Below are positions 42,629 to 56,079 of a DNA stretch of 64,000 nucleotides, piece after piece. The notes beneath the pieces were generated by a model. That model ran no database searches. It saw nothing but the letters and a program-made list of their open reading frames with translations, and was not told where the DNA came from. How positions within the stretch are numbered: position 1 is the stretch's first letter; every line of letters starts with the position of its first letter. The translations under genes were made by a program, and so were the position numbers. The stretch comes from Sphagnum compactum. Taxonomy: Eukaryota. The stretch covers positions 3,844,001 to 3,908,000 of the forward strand of contig OZ234494.1 of assembly GCA_965153455.1 (NCBI GenBank), in the 5' to 3' direction.

Positions 42629-45600
42629 CAACATATGTCATTCATTTATTTTCCTTTTAAAATCTTGAATCTTTTGCATCCAATCTTTGCGAATGCCCCC
42701 ATAATCCAATTCCGAATGTTGAAAAAAATCAGTCCAATGGGTAAAATGGTGGTGGATTACCAATGGCAATGGCACCCAATGTTGTTTAAAAAACTCGGGA
42801 CATAAAAGACATGGGATCCAATACGTTCACACAAGTCACAACACCCAGACTTCAAATCAAAGACCCTACTAAATCATCTTGGGAATTAATGTTGGTTAAT
42901 TAGGATTTGGCATGGTCTGGCCCCAACATTATTGCCCCCTCCTTGAAAGGTGTCATGAATTCCATGTGTTTGTGTTCAACATTATTCCACAACTTGGAGT
43001 TCTACTTGAACTGTAGCCTGTTTTGACTAACTATAATAAATTACCAATGTTTCATGCTCCAAATGCTAAGGTAGGATGAAATGCCCAAGGATAAAAAGTC
43101 TTGTTTATTTTCTTTTTACATTCAAGTCTTGAAGCAGCACAACTTCCATTCATTAAGTGAAATGGTGCCCACTTGTCCAAAAAATCAATCTTTAACAAAC
43201 CTAGGAACCCCCATATTGTCTTCCATATCTCCAAATGAATTCATAACAAATATGAAACTTGTAGAAAAATTCAACATGACCTTTTGGTCCAAGTTATCTT
43301 TTCCAAAATCTTCAACAACTCCTTTTAGATTGGTGACTTATAGTACCATCTTTGAATTCACATGCAATGTCCCCTAAGCCCTAAGCCTATCCTTAATCCA
43401 AATAACCAATTTTGTTGAACATGTTGCAACTATAACCCAAAATAAACTTAAAAGGCACATGGATCCATCCATCAATTTCACAAGGCCAAACATATATGGT
43501 GGCTCACTATGAACACAAGAAAAACAATTTATTGGTCATCACCCCAATTTCATTGCCATACAATAATCAATTGAACAATTCCATTGGTCAAATCCAAGAA
43601 ATGATTGTAACAACATTAACCTAAATTTACAACCTAAACCCTATTAAAACCTAATCAATATGTATGGACAACCCATGAATAAAGTAAAACCCATTCAATA
43701 GTCAAAATTGGTGGGTAGCCTTATCCCACGCCTAATTATTAGCCACACTAATTACAACCCCAAAATTCATTATTGCAATTATCACATGTGTGAAGGCTTG
43801 TAGCCTTTCGCCTTAGGATTTCCACTAAATAGAATGTAAACAATTTTGAAATATCAACCCACAAGTATGTGCTTACTTAGGGTGTTGTTTAATGGTTCAC
43901 AATATGACAACCCCTTTTACCTCTTTAAAATAAATGATTGACCATCCAACATAATGATAAAACAACACAATTGGGGGGATTTACAAAATAAACATGAAGT
44001 TGACATGCATTATTTGGCCCCATTCCATAGGTCAAAACTATTTAACCCATCACAACAAACTATTACAGAAAAGGAAAAATTGATGATGAAGCATTTCATG
44101 TTTTTTTGATGGTGTAACATTCCCCAACCTGTGTGTGAACAATAATTAATGCTTACCTGCACACTTGAGCTTGGTTGGTGACAACTTGTCACATAACCAT
44201 GAACTCTAGCACCCACCTCGCAAACCACACCCAAAAAAGACCTCCATAAACATTTGTTTTTGAATGAGCTGAAATTTCTCACACATGTTGTCCTCTTCTT
44301 TAGGACTATAATGCCACAAATAGATCAAAATCTATTCTCGCATGATCAAGTTATGAATTTCCAAAAAAATTCCAAAATGAATTCTAAATTGGCTTTTAGA
44401 AATTAGTTTTCAATTTCAAAAATTAATTAATTAAAAATAATGGATGGATTTGAATTCATGTCACATTGTGAAGTTGATTCACATCATGTTCAGTTATAGG
44501 CCAAACCATATATGTTGCACACATTTGGTTAGCAAACCTTGTTTGCCCATCATTTATCCAATCCATCCACTCAATCAAAGTTGACCAATCTTGTTCGCCT
44601 ATTTATTCCCCACATTGTTTGCTGACTAACCTGGATGAAATTTGACATTCATCCAAATTGTGAATGAAAATTATTCTTTATGGATGAAACATGAATTAAA
44701 AAAAAAGGTTTGAACTCGAGCTTAAGGCTCAAGTCCGAGCCAATTTCCCAAGCTTCACAAAATTAGTGAATCTTTGAGCCTAGCTATAAGGTTCGGAATG
44801 ATGGTAGAGACCATTATCCCTTCTGAAAAAAAATTGGATCAGGGAACTACCTTTTAAATTATACCTTGCAAGGTTTTCACTCAACATACTATAGTGACCT
44901 GTCTCTTTAACCCACACAAACAATTAATTACAATTGGTGGGATGAATGCAAATGGTGACTTAAATAGAGTTGTTCAGTACATTCATTGTCAAAGGTAAAC
45001 TAGAATGGGAGGTCACCCTTTTATTTACACCTACACACCACAATTTTGTTAATGTCCTTTGACATTTTTATTGAAAAGAAAACATCTCCCAAAAAATTGA
45101 ACAACACAAGATATCTTGGATATTTACTCCCTGTAAATATATGTATTTGCAAACCCTAAACCCAAATAACCCTAACACAAAAACCTTAATTTCATTGCAT
45201 TCATATAATGATGCTACTACTAATGGATGTTTTGTAAATTGTTGGCCTTTCATAAGAAGCACCCTAAAATGTAACTAACACCACCATCATGAATATGAAA
45301 CACCTATGTTATTCAAATGACAAGGTAGCTTTGTAAGGAGGACAATGAAAACATGTCTAGTATGCAAACTCCCAAACCTCGACTTGACATATTAATTCTT
45401 GCACCAAGCTATCACTTCCCTACAAAACTAGTGAAAACCACAAAAGACCAAACACCCAAAACGAAAATTCATAGCTTGAAATCTATGCATCAAACTCCAA
45501 CACAATAAACTAATGCACCTTGGAGATGGTAATTCATAACTTCAACTTTAAAGACCAAAATCAAGAAAGTCATTGGTGTCATTACTCTCCTTTAAACTTT

Positions 45601-48554
45601 GCATTACTTTTCCCATGTATTCCAAGAATACCAAACAATGACAAACAAAATAAAAGAACATCCAAACTCATCAATCATGAATGTAAATAGATGTGGTCTA
45701 CAAATAACACCAAGCTTGAATCACAACTCAACATTTCACTCTTGCTTTGAACTCTTTCAAGAGTTCTTTTGTCGTTGCCATTAGAGGAGAATTGGCAAAT
45801 TTTGGGTTAATCGTTGGCACCTTGAAACAACAAACACCTCAAGTTCGCAATGTTTTGACTATACCTACACAAGGTGATATCATGTAAGTCACAATGGGAC
45901 AAGCTTGATATTGGCTTGAATATTGCTACCTTGAAAAAGATGCTTTAATGTACAAGAAATGATTAGATGAAAAAATCCAAGCAATGGAAATCCGTGTGAC
46001 AACTCGAATGGGTGAACAAGCACCCACATTGGTATCATGGTAAAAACCCCAATACCTTTTTAAACTTGCATCTAAATAGTAAAAATAACCTCTGTGTATG
46101 AATATTTATTGTATATAAATCATAGTGCATGAGTTTTATGACAAGGGTAATGAGACATGCAAAAGCTACCAATGCTAAAGTTGAATCTTTTGAACACATG
46201 TTTATGGACCCAATTAAAATGACCATTCACACCATCATTCAATAATGAATATCTAAATGACCATTATTATTGCATCATTATAATGGACAACGATAGTCAT
46301 ATATTTCCATAGTGGCCATTGTGTCTATATGTTCACTTGATTTACAATGATGCATTAAATAAAATTTATATTGGCAATGTATGTCATGAAAATATAAGGC
46401 TAACAAGTTAGGTATGGGTGTATTGAGTTGAGTTCAAGGCTATTTCTACGTGCACCATAAAGACTTGCATATTCAATGATGTTCACACTAAAAATCCAAT
46501 GAATCAACCTTAAAATTGGAGGCAAACTTGGGTAGGCTTTTGGTATGGTTGGAAAATCACTTGTATAGTTCCAAACAATAGGCGTAACCATCTAACCATC
46601 TATCATATTGACTTGTCTAATTAACTTGCCTAATTGTCATATTGTAATCAACTAACTATCAAACTAATTTTTCATATTGATTTGTGATGTTAACCAATTT
46701 GTTGCAATATGGTGATGTACTACAATATGTTGATTTGTTATAGTCAACCCACTTGAGAAGAATATGAACATGCTTAGGCCATAATTCTTTTCCATAACAA
46801 TTTCCATTGGATTTTGCTTGGCAATATCAAGTTGCTTACATCACTCCATGCAAGATACCACCTATGTGTATGTGTCAACTAATTAAATCCTATAGCCACA
46901 TTCATGTTTGATGATGTCACATTCCCCAATGATGGCATCATGTTCCTTTCTCCTCCCTTCCCCCCAATGTTGACATCACATTTCTTTGGGCTGACATCAT
47001 GTTCCCATGTGGGAACGGCCATGGGTGTAGTGGGAACGTGGTGTTCCCGTGTGTTCATGCACATGAACATGATGTTCTCACTACACCCAGCCCCCAGGGG
47101 CATTTGTTGGATGGAGAGGCCATGTAGGTGATGCATGAGTGCCATGTCACTTATGCCACTAGCTCCTAAACCCACCCATGCCATGTCAGCTCCACAAAAA
47201 TGCCATGTCATTCACCGATAAGGATGTTGATGTGGCAAGGGGTCATTTTTGGACTTTCAGGAAGCTCCTATGAACAGCAGCAGCTCAGAAGACTATGTAA
47301 TGCTCGTCACAGCAGCTCAGACTACGCTCATCATCTCGATCTGGTTTTTTCCTAATTGTTGTAATTGACAAAAAAAGTTCTGATCCTTGCGGCAAGATAG
47401 ATAGAAGAAACAGACGAAGAAGAAGATCTTGAAGAAGAAAGAAGACGCTCTCGTTTTCTCTAGATCGCCAGTAATGGGGTAATGTACCAAGATCCCATTC
47501 AGCCTGGTTTCACATCCTTGCGGGATTTATAGTACTATTCTCGAGGAGCTGCAAACAGCGACGGTCCCAGAGGCGAGAGGATTTTCATTTGCCTGAGCAG
47601 CACCTGTCTGGACACAGAAAAAAACACTTCCTAGACTATAGCAAGCAAAGAAAACTCCTGCAGGCAAGCTCGCTCTCCGGCCCCCTGCTTTGAAGAACAC
47701 AACGAAGATTCTTTTTTTTCCCCGGATTTTTTATACGCTGCAAGCTGGTGCCGTAACTGGGTAGTTTGCATTCGGGAAAGTGCAACCGAGTTTGTCATTT
47801 GTGTGGAGACTGGAGCTTGAGTGTTGCCTGCACAAATTTTGCCAAACTCCATCAGAAGAGACAGAGACAGAGAAAGAACTCTTTCATCCAACTACAGGAC
47901 AAAAGACAAGAAACCCACCCACAAAAAAAAACAAAAAACGCAGACAGCCACCAGGGTCGAGGCTGTAGAAAAAGAAGATATGGTGATCATTGGGCTTACA
48001 TTGCAGCTGCAACAACTGATTTCAATCTCAAATTCCTCAACCCAGCTTCTTGAGTCGTCCAGTAGCAGCAACAGCACAAGCTCCGCTTCAGTAGTAGTAC
48101 CGCAGCTTCTTCTTCATACCCAACATCCAAACTACAACAATCCAGCCTCATCTCTCTAAGAAATCGTGAAACAGTATGATGCTCAACACAAGTGACGTTA
48201 AGCCTGGCTGTCCAAATTCTCAGATGACAATTTAGCCCCCCTGTTGCTGCTTCACACACAAACTCTAAAAGGATCCCAAAGCTTCTTCATCTTCTGAGAG
48301 CTTCCAGATCTTGTTCCTGTGTGGGTCTCTCTCTCTCTCGTATCTCTCTCGTTAGACTCGTATCTCTCTCGCTCTCTTTTCTTGGATACTCTTTGGAGTC
48401 CAATGAAACTCCCAGACGGTAACATAGACGGTTTGTAGTTTGTACGAGAAAATGACTTTGGCTTGCTTGTGCCACACGTTGGTGTGGGTACGCATGGTCC
48501 TATACAAGGTACACACACATGTATAACTGCGCCCAGTCTGCGTCGATCGCTGCT

Positions 48555-48680
48555 GCTAACTTATAATTAGGGTCTCTTTCCATTAGGTTGTTGTGATCAC
48601 ACCACACATGGATTACCATTGCTAACTTTAATCAGGGTCTCTTTCCATTAGTTTGCTGTAATCACAGTTACACAGTGGGT
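48555..48680. repeat. Diverged ~65-bp tandem duplication
   Basis: gctaactt..aat(t/c)agggtctctttccattag..tg.tgt.atcaca occurs twice in tandem. Confidence 0.75.
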
Positions 48681-49081
48681 GCTGTGATCACAGCAGCCTA
48701 ATATTAGGAAAGCCACTCATATAGGACCTTGTTTCTCGCTGCAGGGACAGTACCATTTGAGAGTTGCATCTGGGTTGAAAATATGTAAGTAATCATGTTA
48801 GGAACCCTAGGAACACATGTTCTCATGAAAAAGAGGGCAGATTTGACTGTCCCCTTAGTCATAGCTCTACATGCTGTGATCAACAGAATCTTGGAGTACA
48901 GTAGCCTAATGGAAAGATGTCCTTTACCTGGTTACTTTTGCACTGCATCATCAATGCTGCATTGTTGCTCCTTGCTACTGCAATCACAAAGTGCAATGGC
49001 CCCCCCTCTTGGTACTGGATTACATATATGTACATACCTTTGGAACAAACAAACGAAAACAAATTTTTTCTTCAATTGTAA

Positions 49082-49436
49082 GAGCATCTCCACCGGTGCT
49101 CAGTATGTCACTCTGGATAATAAAATTAAGTCTCTGAGTTTAAGTTTAGCTGTTTTTTATTTTTGGCAACCCCACCAATAAAACTATAACTGGAACTGCA
49201 TATACTTGGGAACTACTAATAGCAAACCACCTGGACCAATCATTCTGATTAACCAATCAGAAAAACTGTCAGGTCCAATTTATTACACTCTTTCTTGGAG
49301 GTCCACAACTGTGATGCGCCCTTTACCAGCCACAGGAATCTGCACGATTTTGGTGCAGAAAAACCGGCACATTTTGACTTTTTCACAATAAATTTTACTG
49401 TCTGGAGTCACATACTGAGCACCGGTGGAGATGCTC
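49082..49436. mobile_element. Tourist-like (PIF/Harbinger) MITE, 355 bp, copy 1
   Basis: TIR GAGCATCTCCACCGGTGCTCAGTATGT(c/g)ACTC at both ends, TAA TSD (49079-49081 and 49437-49439), homologous to 59968-60339. Confidence 0.93.
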
Positions 49437-50954
49437 TAAGTACTTCTTGCCACAAATACCGACTACAAGAAGAAAAACACTCTTGATTAGGTACAACTAC
49501 TCTTCCACCAGCATTGTACAGATACCACATGGGATTGAACCAGATTCTATTGTCAGCCATAATCAGCAGCACTCACTTGCGCTCACACACACACACACAA
49601 TTGTATGTATATGGTGTTTGTTGGTCTGCGCATCGGGGAAACCACTCTGTATTGATGTAAGCTTGGGGCATGAAATTTTGGCTTCAACTTGACCCAATGT
49701 GTGTGTAAGTGACAATCTGGAGTACTATCTATATGTGCATGTGATGGATGGCCATGTTCCATAGAAGTGCACCAACCCATCAAGAGTCATTACATGACAA
49801 TGGGCTGCTTGTTTTTGTACACAGGTTGAAAAAAGAATAACTGCAAATATAGGAGTGTGTCAGAAAGCATATGTATGGTGTTTGTTTTGTAGGAAATCTT
49901 ATGGCATTTCTTTTGTACAAAAGAATAATTGTACATAATAGAGCAAATCGTTCGATATCATATGTGTGTTGTTTGTTTCAAAGGAAATAATATAATGTTT
50001 AGTCCTTAAGAAATCATATGAAATCGTTGCAACTTGAGGGAAACCGTTTCAGATATGATGGTGGGTGAGAATTAGTTCTGTCAAAAGCTGTGGGACACAT
50101 GACAAACATCCGTCTCTCTGTTTCTCTTTTACTTTATATCTCTCTATTCTTACTTCTTCTTACTAGTGTAGAAATGTTTTTTCTTCAAAGTTTTATTTGG
50201 TACAAAGTTTTGACGAGTACAGAAGGAAATTGTATGAGATCCTATTAAATCTTTTCAAATGTGATGAGTGATGATGAATGGTACTCTAAAAGAGGTGGAC
50301 CCTTGACAAATTTTCATGTCAGCATTTTTAATCTAGTTTTCTGTTCACTTCCACTTCTTCCTCCTAGTGTAAGTCACAATGCTTTTTTGGGTGTTTGTTT
50401 TGTAAAAAGATCTGGCAAGACATACCAGACAAAAGGAAATTATGGGAAACCGTTTCAAATATGGTGATAATTGGTTCTTCCCAATCTTATGGGTGATAAA
50501 TAATTCTCTCAAAGATGATTATTATTTAGCACTTTCACCCTTCAAAATCTTAACGCCTCAATCTTGGGTTTTGTGAGCTTTGGTCCCAAGTAGCCTATAA
50601 TGCCATGGAGCTCAACCCTGAGCTTTTGCTTGATAAGAATGTTCCATTTCAAGTTAGTCAAGAGTGAAGAATTGTTCTTGTACTCACCTGATAAACCCGG
50701 GTTTAGTTTGTCAATTAGCATTGACTAATTGGCTCTTCACCCTATCTTGGGCTGGACGTATTTGCATAGAAATTTTGTAGAGTTTTGATGGGAAGGTGAA
50801 TGTCCTTGATTCATGTTGGTCAGAAGAGGGGTTCCCAAATGGGCCTTGGGTGAAACTGCACCCAGACTTATACCACCCTCAAAAAATGCCTCAAAATTCT
50901 TTTTTGGTTGCTTCAAAATTAACATTTCCTGGGTTAGATATAGCTGCTTAAAGT

Positions 50955-51214
50955 GTTTTTTGGTGCAAAATTTCTCCAAATAAAGAAATATATATATATA
51001 TATATATATGAAGGGAATATTTTGTTACAATATTCCTATTTTTTCTAAAAACTCACCAAAATTTAGGATTTAAAAAAAAATCACCACATTTGGAGTCTGA
51101 TTTTTGTTTTGTAGCATTATTTAAACTAATATTTAAATGTTTACACATGTTTTGAAAACATGTCATCATTTATTGGTAAATTCTTCTTTAGATGCTAACC
51201 AATGATGCAACATT
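50955..51214 (+). repeat. Dispersed AT-rich repeat (copy 2 of the 10072-10303 family), contains (TA)n
   Basis: Shares colinear blocks with 10072-10303. Confidence 0.6.
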
Positions 51215-52804
51215 TGGCCCCAAAACAGGGAATTGCCTCTTGGTGAAAAAATCCACACAAGTATCACACTTAATTGTGGTTGATTCTTATCAAAACCCTC
51301 GTCTTTGTTGCAAAAAGATGGACAACACATGAAGGCCTGTGAGAGCAAAGTGATTATTATTTAAGGGTAGGGTAAAGCTCCAAGGTGGGGGGGGGTGCAT
51401 TCCCAAAATAAGGGCCTAAGACAAGGGGGTAGTTGAGTCTGGCTCCACATTTGGGAATTTGCCTCGTCAAGTTTATCATGAACAAAAACATATATGGATA
51501 CTAGGCATAGGAGGGGGAGGGTTCTTATGCCTACTCTTTAGTCCTTAGAGTTAGAGGTATCTTATGTCTATTAGTAGTCATAAGATCCACCACTCTTGAA
51601 GTGTAGGCATAATATCTGACATTCCAAAAACATAAGGTGCCCTCCAAATGTGCACTAAGGAACTTTTTCCACCAAGTAGCAAGTGGTTGTAAGTTGTAGC
51701 TAATGTTATGTGAGACAATGATTCTTTAGGTTTGGGATTGCTGGGATACTTAGCCTTGAGAAATGCCTTGAAATATTGAAGTCCTTAAAAAAAAAGGAAA
51801 ACCTTGTCTCGTTGAAAACCTTTCAATTCATATTCAAAACATCATATACAATCACACTCTTCTAATTTTAGGGGTCTAATGTATTTTGGGTTTCTAAAAC
51901 ATTTCTAACCTTCAAAGCTCAACATGTCAAATGTAAAACTTTTCCTACTAACATTACGAGGGGTCAATGCAAACCAAATGAATATATTTGAAACATTTAA
52001 AGATTATTGAAAACGCTTTTTGTGTCATTGGAAATAAAAATTGAGTGTCATGTCTCTATCTTGTTAAACGCATCCTGTCTCCTTATCACTTCACATTCAT
52101 ATGGAATGGTTTTAACCTTAAGAACATTTACCCCACAATATCCAATCTTATTAAACCTTAAGGATGTTGCCAAAATATGTTCATGATTGTCACCTTAAAA
52201 TTCTCACAACCCATTTTGACACATCATAATTGGGAATTCACCAGGAGTCTACAATAAATTCATATAAGACAACCCTAAACCTTGAGAATGTTACAGAAGT
52301 TATTTTTCAATAATCATTGTTTTTGTATTATCACAAGTGTTAATTAGCACATCATATGCACATTTGTAGTTCACCTCTTATTTATATCTATAACTACACA
52401 TGATTTGTTGGATATTCATAGAACCATTGTTGGGTGGATAAGGTGTTTGGTGTTTACCTTGATACTTTCAAGGGTATATATCAAATATTATATATATAAT
52501 TAAATTGGTATATATTTGAGGCTTACCCTTACCCAGGGGAAAGTAACAATTTTTGAAGTGGGTGGAAATAGGGTAGATGGTAAATTATAATGTAGCATAA
52601 AGGCATTTCCACATTTTGCATTGCATTGTGGTTATGATGGATTTGTTTGAGTGATGGTGGTTGACTAATTTTATTTTATTTTTTCTTTGACATTTTTTTT
52701 TCCATTTGTTGCATTAAATATTTTGAACAAGACTTTTACCAAGTATATTGGGACTTTTCTTCTCACATCTTTCTGAATTTTATTATTATTTGCTTCTATC
52801 AAAA

Positions 52805-53087
52805 CTAGTGTGAACCCGATGCATAATGCACCCGTCAAGCTCCCCCTCGCCCGGTCCTTCCCATTGCCCACTCCGGTTCTTTACCCCGTTGACCCCCCCC
52901 CCCCCCCCGTTCCCCTGTTATATATAATTAACTTCTCGCCCCGTGCTGGCCCCCCCCCGCCCGTGCTAGCCCCCCCCCCCCGCCCTGTTACCAAGCCCTG
53001 TCACCCGCAGTTTCATCGGCCTCTCCCTCCCCCACCCCCCAAAACCCCCATCACAGACAGACGGACTATTTGAATTAATATATATGA
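52805..53087 (-). mobile_element. Non-autonomous Helitron, family B, 283 bp, with G-tract-rich interior
   Basis: Minus strand starts A|TCATATATATTAATTC, has a subterminal hairpin GGTGCA-tta-TGCATC, and ends CACACTAG|T. Inserted between A and T with no TSD. Confidence 0.85.
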
Positions 53088-56079
53088 TGTTGTGACTATA
53101 TCACTAAAGGAAAAAATGTTGTGACTACTGCTAAAGGGGTTGAATGGTTTCTATCTACTATATTAAATTTTGGTATGGGATTTGCCACTTATTAATGTTA
53201 TACTTGTACACACATTATGCATATTTTGATTTACCCTACATTTATCCAATTATACCTACATGTTGATCTAATGTAAATGATTGGAAATCAAGGTAAATAA
53301 TTTACCTTATTCACAAGGTAATGGTAAATTACCTTAAATTTACCATGTAGGTACCAATTACCCCTACTTTGCAAATGAGGTAAATGCTAATCATTTACAT
53401 TTACTTTTACTGGATTGATAATCTTGTAAAACCTATATGGCGAAGTGCACTTAATGAGGATTAAATTTTTTCGTATTTATATATGTATTTGGCTATTATA
53501 ATTTTAAAGTTTTTTATTTAAATTTTTTTACACATGTATTAAAATGAATAATTAGAAGAAATCATGATCTTTCAAGAGGTTCAACTCTACTAGAATGTTC
53601 ATATTGACTAGTGGAGAGGCATCACTTGACTAAAAGCCAAAGGCATGAAAAACACCTATTACTTTTGATTAATAAATTTGACTAATGTGATTTTTTTATT
53701 ACATGTCAAATTGACCTCTAATTAAAACAGACAAAAAATATAGATGGTCAATCAAAATGGTTAAAGTTTAGAAATAGGCCATATTGATTTGGGGGTCCAA
53801 TCATGGTAAAGTGAATAAAAAAGTACACCTACCCAAATCCAAATTTAAATATGACATTTTTTCAACATAAACATAAGAAAATAAATTCAAATTTTTTTTA
53901 GAGTTTTAATGAGTTGAATACAAAATTTGAAATTTTAATACAATAAAGATATGTAACAACTAGGAATGCAACTAACAAGTTAATATTGTGTCCATTCCTA
54001 CTTCTACATTAAATGTTAAATATATTTTGATTCTACTATGAATTTTTTTTAAGTTCACTAGTATATTTAGCATGCCATTGATTTAGAAATAGAATAGATC
54101 CAATATTTAATCTACTTGCAATCTATTTTGTAAGTTGTGACATTTGCTTGAATTTTGATGAATATATACAAACATATTTTAAACATGTGATTTAAAAATA
54201 TAGTTGTAGCAAAGTCAAAGAACTTTTTATAATTAAACATTAAAGTGAATAATAATTTTAAATTCTATATACCAAGGCCTATTTGATGACCGTTTTGCAT
54301 TTATGTTGCAAAGTAATTCTTTGGTCTACTTTACCATGCTTTCCCCCTTTGTCATTAATGTGTGTTATTTCATGTGTGGTGGTTAATTAATCACCTTGAT
54401 TTGATGTTTAGTCAAATTGAAATATTATTTCTTTTCAAAAGTCAAACTTTGAAATCTACTTGAGATGGATAATTCCATCCTTTTAGTCCAAGGATGGTAA
54501 GAGCATTAAAAACACAATCCATATTTGACACATGATTTGGATGAAATATACATGGTATGGTCACTTGTGTCATATTAGTTTCAAAATGTATGTAGCCATA
54601 TAACAATGGCATCATTGAATTTGTGGTGCACTGAACAATCACAATATGCAACCTCCAAATGACATTTGATGATTTTGAAAGATTTTAGCAAAAGCCTTCA
54701 ACAAACATCTAAGTTCAAAAGGCTAAAGTTTGGGGATGCATACATTATAGATGTTTCATTTGGAAACATGGGTATGATAGAATTAAGAAATCACAAATTC
54801 ATTGAAACAACAAAACAATTAAACAAAACCAAGTTATTATGACTAATTTTCCCAATTGAAAGGACCATGATTTCTTGTGATGATATTTGTATAGGTATCA
54901 ACTTTCGAAGATACTAGCTAATATTGGTATTGAATTTTTTTTTGAAACTCATATGAACATGGTCCTAGTATTAGGGTCTAAGTCTTATTTTTGGTTAGTA
55001 TCAAACATATATACACCTAATATTCAAATAGATATAACCTTGGTGTGAAGCTATTATTACCTGAAGTCCCTACCATGTAGGTATTAGTTTAAGCCAATTT
55101 GTAACACCTCAAGTCCTCACCAATGTTGGATGGGTACCCATTTGGTGGATAAAAACCATCAATTCTAGTTTCAAGGACCCAAATTAGAACCCAACCCAAA
55201 TATTAAAACCTAAATACTCAAACCGCCAAACTATTAGGTAGTTGGGGAACAAATTTAATAACCTAACTTTGGTTTCAAGTTGGGAAGGGGGTGAACAAGA
55301 ATTGGTTTGTTGCTTCCAAGTATGAATAATTAAAATCGAAACAAAGTGGTTGGTTAATTAAGGGTTAGGTTTTGATGTTGAATTGAAATGAAATTTCTTC
55401 AAAATCCTAGTTATGGTTATTATCTAGAGCTTGGGGCTTTAGAGCTTGGTCGCCATCATGTTTTTTTTTTGGTTCTTGATGACTCCATCACCATCACTTT
55501 GTTGTGTTGTCATTTCATCATTAAATTCATCATCATTTAATTGCTAATTTTGTCATTATTACCTTGTGTTTATTGCTCAAGTTCCATCATTGTCACTTTG
55601 TTGCTTCATCTCTTTGGTCCATCACATTTTGTTTGATGTGCATTTTTTGCAAGTTACATGTGCATGCTTTGCTACTCACCTTGTTCATCATATTTTTGTT
55701 GGTCAAGCACAATAAAGGTCCATCATCTTGACTCCTAAAGTATTTTTTTTTTCTCCATCTATTTTTGTTTGTGCTTGTCATTTGTGTCATTTCTTTTGCG
55801 TTCTTGTTTTGTTACAAAAAAAATGTTTTATTTAGGTTTGTTTTTATTAAGTTTTTAGGAGGTGGAGGATGTGCAACAAGTTTCAATTCTTGTAGACCCC
55901 CAAGTTCATATTATGGCATTGAATCAATAGACTTGGGTTGGTGTGTTGAATTGCCATTGCATTAGCCTTTGTTGGTTGTGTTCCTATTTCAAAAAAGGTA
56001 GACATGTTTTCCATAGCAATTGATGGAATGTATGGTCAACATTGTTGACAAAATAATGAGATTTAAAGAAGCAAAAATG

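Noticed and set aside
42700..46700. Possible decayed Helitron helicase or other transposase coding sequence
   Set aside because: Only vague motif echoes, and I could not assemble a convincing ordered set of motifs by eye.
47400..48430. Known conserved miRNAs (miR156/160/166/171/319/390/408/529/535/536) or a TAS3 locus
   Set aside because: I found no match to the mature sequences I recall and no long clean hairpin.
52810..53073. Proline-rich extensin-like 87-aa ORF
   Set aside because: It comes from C-homopolymer runs inside a Helitron and has no signal peptide or gene structure.
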